From contig CAWCPV010000010.1 of assembly GCA_963797555.1 (NCBI GenBank), positions 83,877-147,876 on the forward strand: a stretch of DNA of 64,000 nucleotides, given 5' to 3'. Positions 20,931 through 31,396 of this stretch are shown here, one piece after another. Under the pieces are notes generated by a model that was not told where the DNA came from, searched no databases, and saw only the letters and a list, made by a program, of their open reading frames with translations. The first letter of the stretch is position 1. Each line of letters begins with the position of its first letter. Made by a program: the position numbers and the translations under genes. This stretch comes from an uncultured Gammaproteobacteria bacterium. GTDB taxonomy: Bacteria; Pseudomonadota; Gammaproteobacteria; CAWCPV01.

Positions 20931-21593
20931 ATGACCACACCTAGACCATGGCCCGCGCGGCTTGCTGGAGCGTTTCTTGTGCTGGCCGGACTCGGCGGAT
21001 GTGCCGTCGGGCCAGCGGGCCGCCCCGCCCCGGTCGAGGATCGCACGGCCGTCGCCCGACCGCTCCCGGCTCCGCCGCCCCGGCCGACCGTGGAAGTCCG
21101 CCCCTTGCCGCCGGAGGAGCCCATCCGCATGGCGCCGGGAGCAGAACCAGGGCGTTTCCAGGAACGTCCTCTACCGGCGCCCGAGCCCGGCATGGTCCCG
21201 AGCGAGACACCCCCGGCTGAGCCGCGTCCGGCGCTGGCCGCCCAGGACCGCCCAGCCAATCCTGCGGTGCTGGCCCTCATCGACAACGCCGGGCGCTACG
21301 TGGGCGCTGGCGAGCTGGAGAAGGCGGCGGCGGCTTACGAGCGGGCGCTGCGGATCGACCCCCACAACGCCGGGATATGGCACGATCTCGCGGTGATCCG
21401 CTTCCAGCAACGGCATTACCAACAGGCCGAGGCGCTGGCCGGCAAGTCCAACGGACTCGCTGCTCGCGCCGATAGTGGGTTGCGTGCACAGAACTGGCGC
21501 CTGATTGCCCAGGCGCGCCGGGCTACCGGAGATCAGGCGGGAGCCGACGCGGCCGACGCGCAGGCGGTGACGCTGGAGCGGCCCGCGCCGTGA
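20931..21593 (+). CDS. TPR lipoprotein, probable PBP1B activator (LpoP-like)
   Basis: Lipobox LGGC, Pro-rich linker, TPR (AAAYERALRIDPHNAGIWHDLA); directly downstream of mrcB. Confidence 0.75.
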   Translation: MTTPRPWPARLAGAFLVLAGLGGCAVGPAGRPAPVEDRTAVARPLPAPPPRPTVEVRPLPPEEPIRMAPGAEPGRFQERPLPAPEPGMVPSETPPAEPRPALAAQDRPANPAVLALIDNAGRYVGAGELEKAAAAYERALRIDPHNAGIWHDLAVIRFQQRHYQQAEALAGKSNGLAARADSGLRAQNWRLIAQARRATGDQAGADAADAQAVTLERPAP

Positions 21594-21987
21594 TGGCGGA
21601 ATGGCCGTAAGCATGCCCCGACTCAGCGGCCGCCCGCCGTCCCGTACTCGGCCAAGGGTCTGAGAGCTTGTCACGAAGTCGTCGCGAGCGGCCTTCGAGC
21701 GAGGCGCTGGGAGCGCAGCGACAAGACGTGGCGAGTAGACAGGTGCGGCGTCCCGGCACATCCGCTGCTGAGGTGTCGTCGCCGCCGCAACCGAGGTGCC
21801 GGCGCAACGCGCGCAGCATCGTGCGGGAAGCCGCCTCATCTGGTCACCCGGCGGGTTCTTTGAGATGAGCGGTGGGCGCGGCGGCAGACAGCGCGCCGCT
21901 TGGTGCCCTGGGGATCGCAGGTTTCGCCGCTCCAAGGGTTGTGCCAAACTAGGGCCGCTCAAGCACCCCGTCACACGGAAGAACCCT

Positions 21988-22260
21988 ATGGCAAACAATA
22001 AAGTCTGGCTGATGGCGTTGACGCTGTTCGGTTACGGCATTGCTGCGGACGCTCAGCCCTTCGTGTTCGGAGAGGACGTTTACTGCAGCCCCTTCGATCC
22101 CACCGTCTGCAAGAAGGGGGATCTGATCGTCGTCCCGGTTTCCCGGGAGGTCATCAGGTATTGCGAGATCGACAAGCCGCTGGCGGTGACCGTGGCCCCC
22201 AACAGCCGGGTGATCTGCCGCTACGTCGGCTCGGAACGCACCAATCGGGTGAAACGGTAG
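21988..22260 (+). CDS. Small exported hypothetical protein with 4 Cys
   Basis: MANNKVWLMALTLFGYGIAADA signal peptide ending in A-D-A; coding-like codon usage. Confidence 0.65.
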   Translation: MANNKVWLMALTLFGYGIAADAQPFVFGEDVYCSPFDPTVCKKGDLIVVPVSREVIRYCEIDKPLAVTVAPNSRVICRYVGSERTNRVKR

Positions 22261-22467
22261 CACCGGTCGGCTGCGGCCCGGCTGAAGGCCGGTGGTTTTG
22301 CCAAGGGGGCGGATCGCGCGATGGTGCGTCCGTGCCAAGCGAGTCGGCGAGCACACGCAGGCGCATGGTGCTGCCGCCGCGATACGTTCAGGGGAGCGCC
22401 GGGGACGACGCGGGATAGGGAAGATTCGGTTCCAGGCCGCGGCCCGAACTCTCGGGGCGGCACTGCC

Positions 22468-22950
22468 ATGAGAACGCTGCGTATGCGCCGAAGGACGAGT
22501 GCTTTGGGCGGTGAGGTGCGAGTGCGTTCCGGGAGTGTAGTTGTGATGCACCTGGCGCTACGCCTCGAAGACGGTACCGAGGTGGAGGACACCTTCGGCG
22601 GGGAACCCTTGCGCTTCGTCGTGGGGGATGGCACCCTCGCGCCCGAGCTGGAACGGCTGATCCTAGGGTTGGAAGAGGGCTCCCACCGGCGTTTGACGCT
22701 CTCCCCGGAACACGCATTCGGCTCTCCCGACCCAGGCAATGTCCACCTCCTGCCCCGTACCGACTTCCCGTCCAATATGGGTCTCTCGCGGGGCATGCTC
22801 ATCGGGTTCGAGACCCCGGCGGGCAGGGAGATCCCCGGCCGTATCGAAGCGCTGTTCGCCGACGCAGTGGCGGTGGACTTCAACCACCCGCTGGCCGGCC
22901 GGCGCTTCACCTTCGAGGTGCAGGTGCTTTCCGTGTCGGTTGCCGCTTAG
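22468..22950 (+). CDS. FKBP-type peptidyl-prolyl isomerase (FkpB/SlpA-like)
   Basis: LRLEDGTEVEDT, GDGTLAPELE, PEHAFG, VDFNHPLAGRRFTFEV; no His-rich SlyD tail; start may be GTG 22516. Confidence 0.85.
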   Translation: MRTLRMRRRTSALGGEVRVRSGSVVVMHLALRLEDGTEVEDTFGGEPLRFVVGDGTLAPELERLILGLEEGSHRRLTLSPEHAFGSPDPGNVHLLPRTDFPSNMGLSRGMLIGFETPAGREIPGRIEALFADAVAVDFNHPLAGRRFTFEVQVLSVSVAA

Positions 22951-22962
22951 CCGGACAGACCT

Positions 22963-25452
22963 ATGACGGGGCTGGCCCTGGGGCTGCGGTTGCTGAGCCG
23001 AGGATGGCGAGCCGGGGAGATTTACTTGCTGGCCGCCGCCTCCGTGGTGGCTGTCGCATCGGTCACCTCGGTGGGCCTGTTGACCGACCGCGTCGGGCAG
23101 GCTCTGTTGCGGCAAGGGGGAGATCTGCTCGGGGCGGACCTGCGAGTTGTGTCCGGTCAGCCTCTGACCGAGGCCGCTCGGAAGCTGGCTCAGACGCTGG
23201 GGCTGGAGGTCGCCGATAGCGTCGGCTTCGTCAGCATGGTGCAGGCCGGCGAGCGCATGCAGCTCACCGCCGTGAAGGCGGTGAGCAGGGGCTATCCGCT
23301 GCGCGGTGAGCTTCGAATCTCCGAGGATGCGTCGTCCTCGGGCGCGCCGACACGCGCCGTCCCATCACCCGGCGAGGCGTGGATCGAGCCCCGCCTGGCC
23401 GACACCTTGGCGATACGGGTGGGCGGTTCGGTCGTGGTGGGGATGTCCCATCTCAAAGTCAGCAGACTGCTGATGCGCGAGCCCGACCGCGGCGGGGACG
23501 CGTTCAGCATCGCCCCCAGGTTGCTCATGAACCTGACGGACCTGCCTGCAACGGGGCTGATTCAGCCGGGCAGCCGTGCGCATTACGATCTGTTGGTGGC
23601 CGGCAGCGCCGCGGCGGTCCAGAGGTACCGGGACCGGGCGCCCGCGATACTGCCCCCGGGGGAGCGGCTGCAGGGGGTCGAGGAGGCCCGGCCCGAGCTT
23701 CGGGCCGCGCTCAATCGCGGGAGCCGTTTTCTCGGGCTTGCAGCCCTCTGCGCGGTGCTGCTGGCGGGCGCGGCAATCGCCATGGGCGCGCGCCGTTTCA
23801 GCATGCGTCAGACCGACGACGCGGCCGTCATGCGTTGTCTGGGGGCGTCGCAGGGACTGCTTACCCGCGTCTACCTGACGCAGGTGCTGTTTCTGGGCGT
23901 GGTGGCGGCCACAGCCGGCGCCATCCTGGGCATGCTCGCCGAGCGAGGACTCGCGGCGCTCCTGTCGGACTTGGTCCCGCGCGACCTGCCGGCGGCCTCT
24001 TGGCGCCCCGTGGCGGCTGGGCTGGGCAGCGGCCTCCTCACCCTGCTGGGATTTGCGTTGCCGCCCGTGCTGCGCCTCAAAGAAACGCCCACGCTGCGAG
24101 TGTTGCGGCGCGAGCTGGATCCGCCCACACCGTCCGCTTGGGTCAGCTACGGCGCGGCGCTGGGTGCCATCGCCGTGCTGGTGTGGTGGCAGGCGGGGGA
24201 CGCGACACTGGCCGCGTATGTCCTGGCGGGCACCGCGGGCGCCCTTGCCGTTTCCGGCGCCGCCGCGTGGAGTCTCGCTGCCGGGCTGGGCAGACTCAGC
24301 CAGATGCGGGGGGCGACGTGGTCGCTCGGCGTCGCCAATCTTCGCCGCCGCACTGGCGCGACGGTGGCCCAGGTGGTGGCGCTGGGGGTCGGCATCATGG
24401 CCTTGCTAGTGCTTTCGCTGGTGCGCATCGATCTGCTGAAGAGCTGGCAGGACAGCCTGCCGCCGGATGCGCCCAACCGGTTCCTGATCAACGTCCAGCC
24501 GGACCAGGTCGGCGCGCTGCAGCGGTTCTTCCGGGAGTATGCGCTGCCGACACCGGCCTTTTTTCCGATGGTGCGCGGGCGGCTGACGGCCGTCAACGGG
24601 CGGCCGGTGGCTTCGAGCGCTTACCAAGATGAGCGCGCGAAGCGCCTGGTGGACCGGGAGTTCAACCTTTCATGGGCAGACCGACCCGTTCCGGGCAACC
24701 GGGTGACCGCTGGCCGCTGGTGGTCCGCGGCTGAGCGGGGTGCATCCCTGTTTTCCGTCGAGCAGGGCATCGCACAGACTCTGGGGATCCACCTGGGGGA
24801 CCGCCTGCGCTACCAGGTGGCCGGCACCGACCTGACCGGCGTCGTGTTGAGTCTGCGGGAGGTGGACTGGGACTCTTTCCGGGTGAACTTCTTCGTGCTG
24901 GCGCCTCCAGGTCTGTTGGACGACTTCCCCAAGACCTATGTGACCAGCTTCCACCTCCCAGAGCGACGCGGGTCGGCGCTGAGCGCGATGGTCCGAGTGT
25001 TCCCCAACGTCACCGTGATCGATGTGGGCGCCATCTTGGATGAGGTGCGGGCGGTCCTCGGACGGGTGACCGAGGCGCTGGAGTACGTCTTCTTGTTCAC
25101 CGTCATGTGTGGGCTGTTGGTGATGTACGCGGCGATCCAGAGCAGCCACGACGAGCGTCGGCTGGAGAGCGCGCTGGTGCGTGCATTGGGAGGTACCCGA
25201 CGCCGTTTGGTCACGGCATGGATGGCGGAGTTCGCCACTCTCGGCGCTCTCGCCGGGACCGTGGCCGCGTGCGGAGCGAGTGCAGTCGCTTATGCGGTAG
25301 CCCAACGGGTGCTGGGACTCCCTTACCATTTCAATGCCCTGCTCTGGGTGGCGGGGCCGCTGGGGGGCGCGGCGGCGGTCAGCCTCGCTGGGCTCCTGGG
25401 CCTTGGCGGGCTGTTGAGGCGTCCCCCGCTGGAGACGTTGCGCGCTGTGTGA
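22963..25452 (+). CDS. ybbP: ABC transporter permease, YbbP family (two FtsX domains)
   Basis: KAVSRGYPLRG, PNRFLINVQP, PMVRGRL, REFNLSW, VDWDSFRVNFF; many TM helices. Confidence 0.85.
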   Translation: MTGLALGLRLLSRGWRAGEIYLLAAASVVAVASVTSVGLLTDRVGQALLRQGGDLLGADLRVVSGQPLTEAARKLAQTLGLEVADSVGFVSMVQAGERMQLTAVKAVSRGYPLRGELRISEDASSSGAPTRAVPSPGEAWIEPRLADTLAIRVGGSVVVGMSHLKVSRLLMREPDRGGDAFSIAPRLLMNLTDLPATGLIQPGSRAHYDLLVAGSAAAVQRYRDRAPAILPPGERLQGVEEARPELRAALNRGSRFLGLAALCAVLLAGAAIAMGARRFSMRQTDDAAVMRCLGASQGLLTRVYLTQVLFLGVVAATAGAILGMLAERGLAALLSDLVPRDLPAASWRPVAAGLGSGLLTLLGFALPPVLRLKETPTLRVLRRELDPPTPSAWVSYGAALGAIAVLVWWQAGDATLAAYVLAGTAGALAVSGAAAWSLAAGLGRLSQMRGATWSLGVANLRRRTGATVAQVVALGVGIMALLVLSLVRIDLLKSWQDSLPPDAPNRFLINVQPDQVGALQRFFREYALPTPAFFPMVRGRLTAVNGRPVASSAYQDERAKRLVDREFNLSWADRPVPGNRVTAGRWWSAAERGASLFSVEQGIAQTLGIHLGDRLRYQVAGTDLTGVVLSLREVDWDSFRVNFFVLAPPGLLDDFPKTYVTSFHLPERRGSALSAMVRVFPNVTVIDVGAILDEVRAVLGRVTEALEYVFLFTVMCGLLVMYAAIQSSHDERRLESALVRALGGTRRRLVTAWMAEFATLGALAGTVAACGASAVAYAVAQRVLGLPYHFNALLWVAGPLGGAAAVSLAGLLGLGGLLRRPPLETLRAV

Positions 25453-25490
25453 CGGGGGCCGTGAGTCCCCCGGCGGGCTGCGCCGCAGCT

Positions 25491-25527
25491 ATCTTGACTC
25501 AAACACTAGGTTTTTGGTCAAATAACC
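25491..25527. promoter_or_regulatory. Imperfect palindrome resembling Rrf2/IscR type-1 sites upstream of nadA
   Basis: ATCTTGACTCAAACACTAGGTTTTTGGTCAAATAACC: an AT-rich island with TTGAC...GTCAA arms. Confidence 0.4.
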
Positions 25528-25563
25528 GGCTATGTACCACGCAAGCCGTTAAGAGGATACAGC

Positions 25564-26664
25564 GTGCCAGCCGGTGCATTGGCGATCCAGCAGTTCAGCA
25601 CCCTGGAAGACGACGAGTGCGATGAGCGCATCCGCGCCGCCAAGGAGCGGCTTGGCGACGGGGTGGTCATACTGGGACACCACTACCAGCGGGAAGAGGT
25701 GTTCCGCCATGCCGATTACAGCGGCGACTCGCTGAAACTGTCTCGCGTCGCAGCCGCTTCAGGGGCGGCTCACATCGTTTTCTGCGGCGTGCACTTCATG
25801 GCCGAGGTCGCCGACATCCTGTCCCGGGCGGACCAGATCGCTATCCTGCCGGACATGGCGGCCGGCTGCTCCATGGCGGACATGGCCAGCCTGGCGAAGG
25901 TCGAGCGCGCCTGGCGCGGCCTCTCCGCGATCCTCGACCCGGACAGCGCGATCACTCCGGTGACCTACATCAATTCGGCCGCCGACCTGAAGGCGTTCTG
26001 TGGCCGACACGGCGGAATAGTCTGCACCTCGTCCAACGCGCGGCAGGTCCTGGAGTGGTCTCTCGGCCGCCGGGAGAAGGTATTGTTCTTCCCGGACCAA
26101 CACCTGGGCCGCAACACCGGGCATGCCATGGGTATCCCGGTGGAGGAGATGGTGGTCTGGGACTTCGACCGACCCCTCGGGGGTCTCACGCCGGAGCAAG
26201 TCCGGGCCGCCAGGCTGATCCTGTGGAAGGGTTTCTGCTCGGTGCACCAGATGTTCCGCCCCGAGCACATCGACCGGTTCCTGGAACGCTTCCCGGACGC
26301 CAACGTGATCGCCCATCCCGAGTGCGCCTTTGAGGTGTGCCAGAAATCGCGCTTCGTCGGCTCCACCGAGTACATCATCAACACCGTTGCGGAGGCAGAG
26401 CCCGGAACTCGATGGCTGGTCGGCACCGAGCTCAACTTGGTGAACCGCCTCGCCAACCAATTCCGAGGCGAGGGCAAGTCGATCCATTTCATGTCTCCGA
26501 TGGTGTGCATGTGCTCGACCATGTTCCGCATCGACCCGCAGCATCTGGCATGGACGTTGGAGAATCTGGTACAGGGCCGGGTGGTCAATCGGGTGCGGGT
26601 GCCTGAGGAGGATGCGGGGCTCGCACGGCTCGCCCTGGAACGCATGCTGCAGGTGTCCCCATGA
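25564..26664 (+). CDS. nadA: Quinolinate synthase A (long form)
   Basis: ILGHHYQ, GDSL, FCGVHFMAE, AGCSMADM, TYINS, CTSSNA, PDQHLG, CSVH, HPEC, CMCSTM. Confidence 0.95.
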   Translation: MPAGALAIQQFSTLEDDECDERIRAAKERLGDGVVILGHHYQREEVFRHADYSGDSLKLSRVAAASGAAHIVFCGVHFMAEVADILSRADQIAILPDMAAGCSMADMASLAKVERAWRGLSAILDPDSAITPVTYINSAADLKAFCGRHGGIVCTSSNARQVLEWSLGRREKVLFFPDQHLGRNTGHAMGIPVEEMVVWDFDRPLGGLTPEQVRAARLILWKGFCSVHQMFRPEHIDRFLERFPDANVIAHPECAFEVCQKSRFVGSTEYIINTVAEAEPGTRWLVGTELNLVNRLANQFRGEGKSIHFMSPMVCMCSTMFRIDPQHLAWTLENLVQGRVVNRVRVPEEDAGLARLALERMLQVSP

Positions 26665-26782
26665 CTGCGGTCGTTGGTCTGGCAGCCTAGCTAGACCGTC
26701 TGCCCAGAGGTTTTACCCCTCGCCTGCGACCCGCGAGGCGAGATCGGGGCCGCTGCAGGCGCTCCGACGATGAACCATGGGG

Positions 26783-26795
26783 TAGAATACGCCCC
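26783..26795 (+). promoter_or_regulatory. -10 element directly upstream of dnaE (leaderless candidate)
   Basis: TAGAAT at 26783-26788, then 7 nt, then ATG 26796; no SD sequence. Confidence 0.5.
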
Positions 26796-29700
26796 ATGAC
26801 AACGGGCTTCGTCCATCTCCGTCTCCACACCGAGTACTCCCTCCAGGACGGGCTGATCCGCGTCAAACCCCTGGTCCAGGCGGTTGCTGCCGCCGGCATG
26901 CCGGCCTGCGCGGTGACCGATCACTGCAACCTGTTCGCCATGGTCAAGTTCTACCGAGCCGCCGAGGCGGCCGGCATCAAGCCCGTGGTCGGCGTCGATC
27001 TGCAGGTCGGCAACGAGGCAGATCCCTTGCGGCCGTCCCGTATTGCGCTCCTGTGCCAGGGCGAGACCGGGTACCGACACCTGAGCGAGCTGGTGACCCG
27101 CTGCTTCACGAGCGGCCAGCACCGTGGGCATCCGCTGCTATGCAAGGACTGGCTCGAGGGCAAGTCGGACGGGTTGATTGCCCTCTCCGGTGGGCGCGCG
27201 GGGGACATTGGGCAAGCGCTTCTCGCTGGACGCAAGGGGCAGGCACGCGGCTTGCTGGAGGGCTGGCTGCGGCTGTTCCAGGATCGGTTCTACCTCGAGC
27301 TTCAGCGCACCGGCCGGGAGGCGGAGGAGGAGTATCTGCATCTCGCTCTCGATCTGGCGCTGGAGCTGGGGGTGCCGGTGGTGGCCACCAACGACGCCCA
27401 TTTCCTCCGCCGCGAGGACTTCGAGGCCCACGAGGCACGGGTATGCATCCAGGAGGGGCGCGCGCTGACTGACCCGCGACGCCCCCGCCGCTTCAGCGAC
27501 CAGCAGTACCTGAAGACCCCCGCAGAGATGTGGGAGCTGTTCTCGGACGTCCCGGAGGCCCTCGAAAACACTATCGAGATCGCCCGACGCTGCAATCTAG
27601 AACTCACGCTCGGTAAGAACTTCCTGCCTAGCTTTCCCATCCCCGCAGGGGCGGCCCCGGAGCAGTACTTGCGGTCGCAGGCGGAGGCCGGACTGGAAGG
27701 CCGTCTGGCCCGGATGGCTCCGCCCGAGGCGGGCGACGCGGACGAGCGCCGCAGGCCCTATCGGGAACGCCTGACGCGGGAGCTCGAGGTGATCGCGGCG
27801 ATGGGCTTCCCGGGCTATTTCCTGATCGTGGCCGACTTCATCCAATGGGCGCGGAACAACGGGGTGCCCGTCGGGCCGGGGCGCGGGTCTGGCGCCGGAT
27901 CGTTGGTCGCCTATGCCCTGGGGATCACCGACCTCGACCCGCTTGCCTACGACCTGCTGTTCGAGCGCTTTCTGAACCCCGAGCGGGTGTCGCTGCCGGA
28001 CTTCGACGTGGACTTCTGCATGGAAGGCCGCGACCGCGTGATCGACTACGTGGCCGAACGCTATGGACGCGACCGCGTAGCCCAGATCATCACTCACGGG
28101 AGCATGGCGGCGCGCGCGGTGGTGCGGGATGTGGGGCGGACCCTGGGCTATGCCTACGGGTTCGTCGACCGCGTGGCGAAGCTCATCCCCTTCGAGATCG
28201 GCATGACTCTGGACAAGGCATTGGAGCAGGAAGACGAGCTCCGTCGCCGTTACGAGCAGGAGGACGAGGTGCGCGCCCTCATCGACCTCGGCCGGGCACT
28301 GGAGGGCTTGGCGCGCAACGCCGGAAGGCATGCCGGGGGAGTGGTGATCGCCCCGTCGAGCCTCATCGACTTCATGCCGCTGTATTGCGAGCAGGGAGGG
28401 GACGGCGCGGTCACGCAGTTGGATAAGGACGATGTGGAGGCGCTCGGGCTGGTCAAGTTCGACTTCCTGGGGCTGCGTACCCTGACCATCATCGATTGGG
28501 CGCTCGGCACGGTGAACCGCCAGCGTGCCGTCAGCGGGGAGCCGCCGCTGGACGTTAGCGCACTGCCCAGCGACGACGCTGCCGCCTTCGACCTCCTCAA
28601 GCGCTGTGCAACCACTGCCGTGTTCCAGCTCGAGTCGCGGGGCATGAAGGACCTGATAAGACGGCTCCAGCCGGACCGGTTCGAGGACATTGTGGCGCTG
28701 GTGGCGCTGTTCCGGCCGGGTCCCCTGCAGTCGGGTATGGTGGACGACTTCATCGACCGCAAGCATGGCCGCGCCCGGGTGGATTATCCACATCCCGCCC
28801 TGGAGCCCATTCTGGAGCCAACGTATGGCGTCATCCTGTACCAGGAGCAGGTCATGCAGATCGCCCAGGTGTTGGCCGGATACACCCTGGGCGGGGCCGA
28901 CCTGCTGCGCCGCGCCATGGGCAAGAAGAAGCCCGAGGAGATGGCGCGGCAGCGCAGCGTCTTCATGACCGGAGCGCGGGAGCGCGGAGTGGACGAGGCG
29001 GTCGCCCAGCACATTTTCGATCTCATGGAGAAGTTCGCCGGGTACGGCTTCAACAAGTCTCACTCCGCGGCCTATGCGTTGCTCGCCTACCAGACGGCTT
29101 GGCTCAAGGCCCACTATCCGGCGGCCTTCATGGCGGCGGTCCTCTCCTCGGACATGGACAACACCGACAAGGTGGTACTGCTCATGGAGGAGTGCCGGGC
29201 GATGGGTCTCAAGGTCCTGCCGCCCGACATCAATACCAGCGCCTATCGCTTCACCGTGCGGGATGCCGCGACCATCCTGTACGGACTGGGTGCCATCAAG
29301 GGCGTTGGCGCGGCCGCGCTGGAGGGGATCGTGGCCGAGCGCGACGAGGCCGGGCCGTACCAAGAGCTGTTCTCGCTGTGCCGGCGCATCGACCACCGCA
29401 AGGTGAACCGTCGTGTGCTGGAGGCACTGATACGCGCCGGCGCCCTGGACGCCTTGGGGCCAAGCCGCGCCTCGCTCATGGCCACCCTGCCAGTCGCGCT
29501 GCAGACGGCGGAGCAACACTTGCGTGACCGGTTCGCGGGGCAGACCGATCTGTTCGGCGGCGTGGCGGCGCCGGCAGCCTCGTACCACGAGGGCCATACA
29601 TTCGTCGCCGCTCTCGAATGGGATGAAGGAGAGCGTCTGGCTGCGGAGAAGGAGACCCTCGGCCTCTATCTGACGGGCCATCCCATCGTGCGCTACGAGG

Positions 29701-30263
29701 CGGAGCTGGCGCAGTTCACCACGGCCCGACTCGCGGACCTTCGTTCCGACGGGCAGCAGACCGTCGTGGTGGCGGGTCTCGTGGTGGGCATGCGCACGAT
29801 GAGTGCCCGGCGCGGCGGACGCATGGCCTTCGTGGTGCTCGATGACCGTACCGCGCGCCTCGAGGTCAGCGTGTTCCCGGAGGTGTTTCAGCGACACCGG
29901 GACCTGCTGTTGAAGGACAAGCTGCTGGTGGTGGAGGGTACCGTCACTACCGACGAATACACGGGCGGCTATCGCATGACCGCCGATCGGCTGTATCACG
30001 TGGACCAGGCCCGGGAGGCGTATGCCAAACAGCTATTTATCGTCCTCGACGGCCGCCGCGCCCTGAACGGGTTCACCCAGAAGCTCGGGCAGACCCTGGC
30101 ACCATTCCGCGAGGGTGCATGCCCGGTGTGCGTCGAATATCGCAATCAGCTTGCCGTGGCCCGACTGGTCCTGGGTGCCGCCTGGCGCGTCCGGCCTACC
30201 GACGAGCTATTGCGCAGATTGGGCGAGCTGGCTGACGCGGCGCAGGTGCGGGTTGTTTACTAG
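26796..30263 (+). CDS. dnaE: DNA polymerase III alpha subunit
   Basis: [14 protein letters not shown] domain, [35 protein letters not shown] fold. Confidence 0.98.
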   Translation: MTTGFVHLRLHTEYSLQDGLIRVKPLVQAVAAAGMPACAVTDHCNLFAMVKFYRAAEAAGIKPVVGVDLQVGNEADPLRPSRIALLCQGETGYRHLSELVTRCFTSGQHRGHPLLCKDWLEGKSDGLIALSGGRAGDIGQALLAGRKGQARGLLEGWLRLFQDRFYLELQRTGREAEEEYLHLALDLALELGVPVVATNDAHFLRREDFEAHEARVCIQEGRALTDPRRPRRFSDQQYLKTPAEMWELFSDVPEALENTIEIARRCNLELTLGKNFLPSFPIPAGAAPEQYLRSQAEAGLEGRLARMAPPEAGDADERRRPYRERLTRELEVIAAMGFPGYFLIVADFIQWARNNGVPVGPGRGSGAGSLVAYALGITDLDPLAYDLLFERFLNPERVSLPDFDVDFCMEGRDRVIDYVAERYGRDRVAQIITHGSMAARAVVRDVGRTLGYAYGFVDRVAKLIPFEIGMTLDKALEQEDELRRRYEQEDEVRALIDLGRALEGLARNAGRHAGGVVIAPSSLIDFMPLYCEQGGDGAVTQLDKDDVEALGLVKFDFLGLRTLTIIDWALGTVNRQRAVSGEPPLDVSALPSDDAAAFDLLKRCATTAVFQLESRGMKDLIRRLQPDRFEDIVALVALFRPGPLQSGMVDDFIDRKHGRARVDYPHPALEPILEPTYGVILYQEQVMQIAQVLAGYTLGGADLLRRAMGKKKPEEMARQRSVFMTGARERGVDEAVAQHIFDLMEKFAGYGFNKSHSAAYALLAYQTAWLKAHYPAAFMAAVLSSDMDNTDKVVLLMEECRAMGLKVLPPDINTSAYRFTVRDAATILYGLGAIKGVGAAALEGIVAERDEAGPYQELFSLCRRIDHRKVNRRVLEALIRAGALDALGPSRASLMATLPVALQTAEQHLRDRFAGQTDLFGGVAAPAASYHEGHTFVAALEWDEGERLAAEKETLGLYLTGHPIVRYEAELAQFTTARLADLRSDGQQTVVVAGLVVGMRTMSARRGGRMAFVVLDDRTARLEVSVFPEVFQRHRDLLLKDKLLVVEGTVTTDEYTGGYRMTADRLYHVDQAREAYAKQLFIVLDGRRALNGFTQKLGQTLAPFREGACPVCVEYRNQLAVARLVLGAAWRVRPTDELLRRLGELADAAQVRVVY

Positions 30264-30331
30264 CTTCGACGGTTGCCTGCACCGCAGTCGTACTCAGATC
30301 GCCAACTGCAAGGTCCCAAGAGTCCACTGAC

Positions 30332-31304
30332 ATGAACCTCAACTTCCTTGATTTCGAGCAGCCCATTGCCGAGCTCCAAGCCAAGATCGAGGATCTGCGT
30401 TACATGGGCAGCGGCAGCGAGCTGAATATCAGCGAAGAGATCGCGCGCCTCGAAGCGAAGTGCGAGGATCTCACTCAGTCCATCTTCGGGTCGCTTACCG
30501 CCTGGCAGGTGGCGCAGCTCGCTAGGCATCCGCAGCGGCCCTACATGCTCGACTACGTGAAACGCATCTTCGCGGACTTCGAGGAACTCCACGGCGACCG
30601 CGTATTCGCCGACGACCAGGCCATCGTCGGGGGGGTGGGACGGCTGGAGGGTGAGCCTGTCATGCTGATCGGACACCAGAAAGGTCGCGACACCAGGGAG
30701 AAGCTGCAGCGCAACTTCGGGATGCCCCGTCCGGAAGGTTATCGGAAAGCACAGCGGCTGATGGAGATGGCCGAGCGCTTCCGGCTTCCGATACTCACCT
30801 TCATCGACACGCCCGGCGCCTATCCGGGGATCGATGCGGAGGAGCGGGGCCAGAGCGAGGCCATCGCGCGCAATCTCATGGTGATGTCCCAGCTCAAGGT
30901 CCCCATCGTGTGCACGGTGATCGGCGAGGGCGGCTCAGGGGGAGCGTTGGCCATCGGCGTGGGGGACAGGATGCTGATGCTGGATTACAGCACCTACTCG
31001 GTGATCTCGCCCGAAGGGTGCGCCTCCATCCTGTGGAAAAGCGCGGAGAAGGCCGCGGACGCCGCCGAGGCGATGGGTATTACGTCGGCCCGGCTCAAGG
31101 AGCTGGGCCTCATCGACCAGATCGTGAGAGAGCCGCTGGGGGGTGCCCACCGTGACCTCGACGCGATGGCCGACCAGCTCAAGATCTGCCTGGTGGAGAC
31201 TCTCGACGAGCCTCCGGCAACTGAGCACGGAGGCGTTGGTCCAGGCACGCTTCGATCGTCTGATGAAGTATGGCGTCTTCGAGGTGAAGCCCGAGGCCGC
31301 CTGA
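30332..31304 (+). CDS. accA: Acetyl-CoA carboxylase carboxyltransferase alpha, frameshift at ~31211
   Basis: [42 protein letters not shown]. Removing one C at 31211-31212 restores the typical end [24 protein letters not shown] (323 aa). Confidence 0.95.
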
Positions 31305-31396
31305 GCCGCAAGCCATACTCTCGCCGCTCATACCCGCCCGTAGCTCCGGTGGTCGCTCCGGCACCGGTCTCTTGCCCAGCAACCTCGCGATAGGCC

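Noticed and set aside
27597-29999. Long antisense ORFs (800 aa here; also 16189..18276, 9027..10949, 50663..52216, 63084..63974)
   Set aside because: Shadow frames of real high-GC genes with no protein motifs.
31211-31393. Novel C-terminal extension of AccA
   Set aside because: Artefact of a 1-nt insertion; the canonical end is in the other frame with a stop at 31304.
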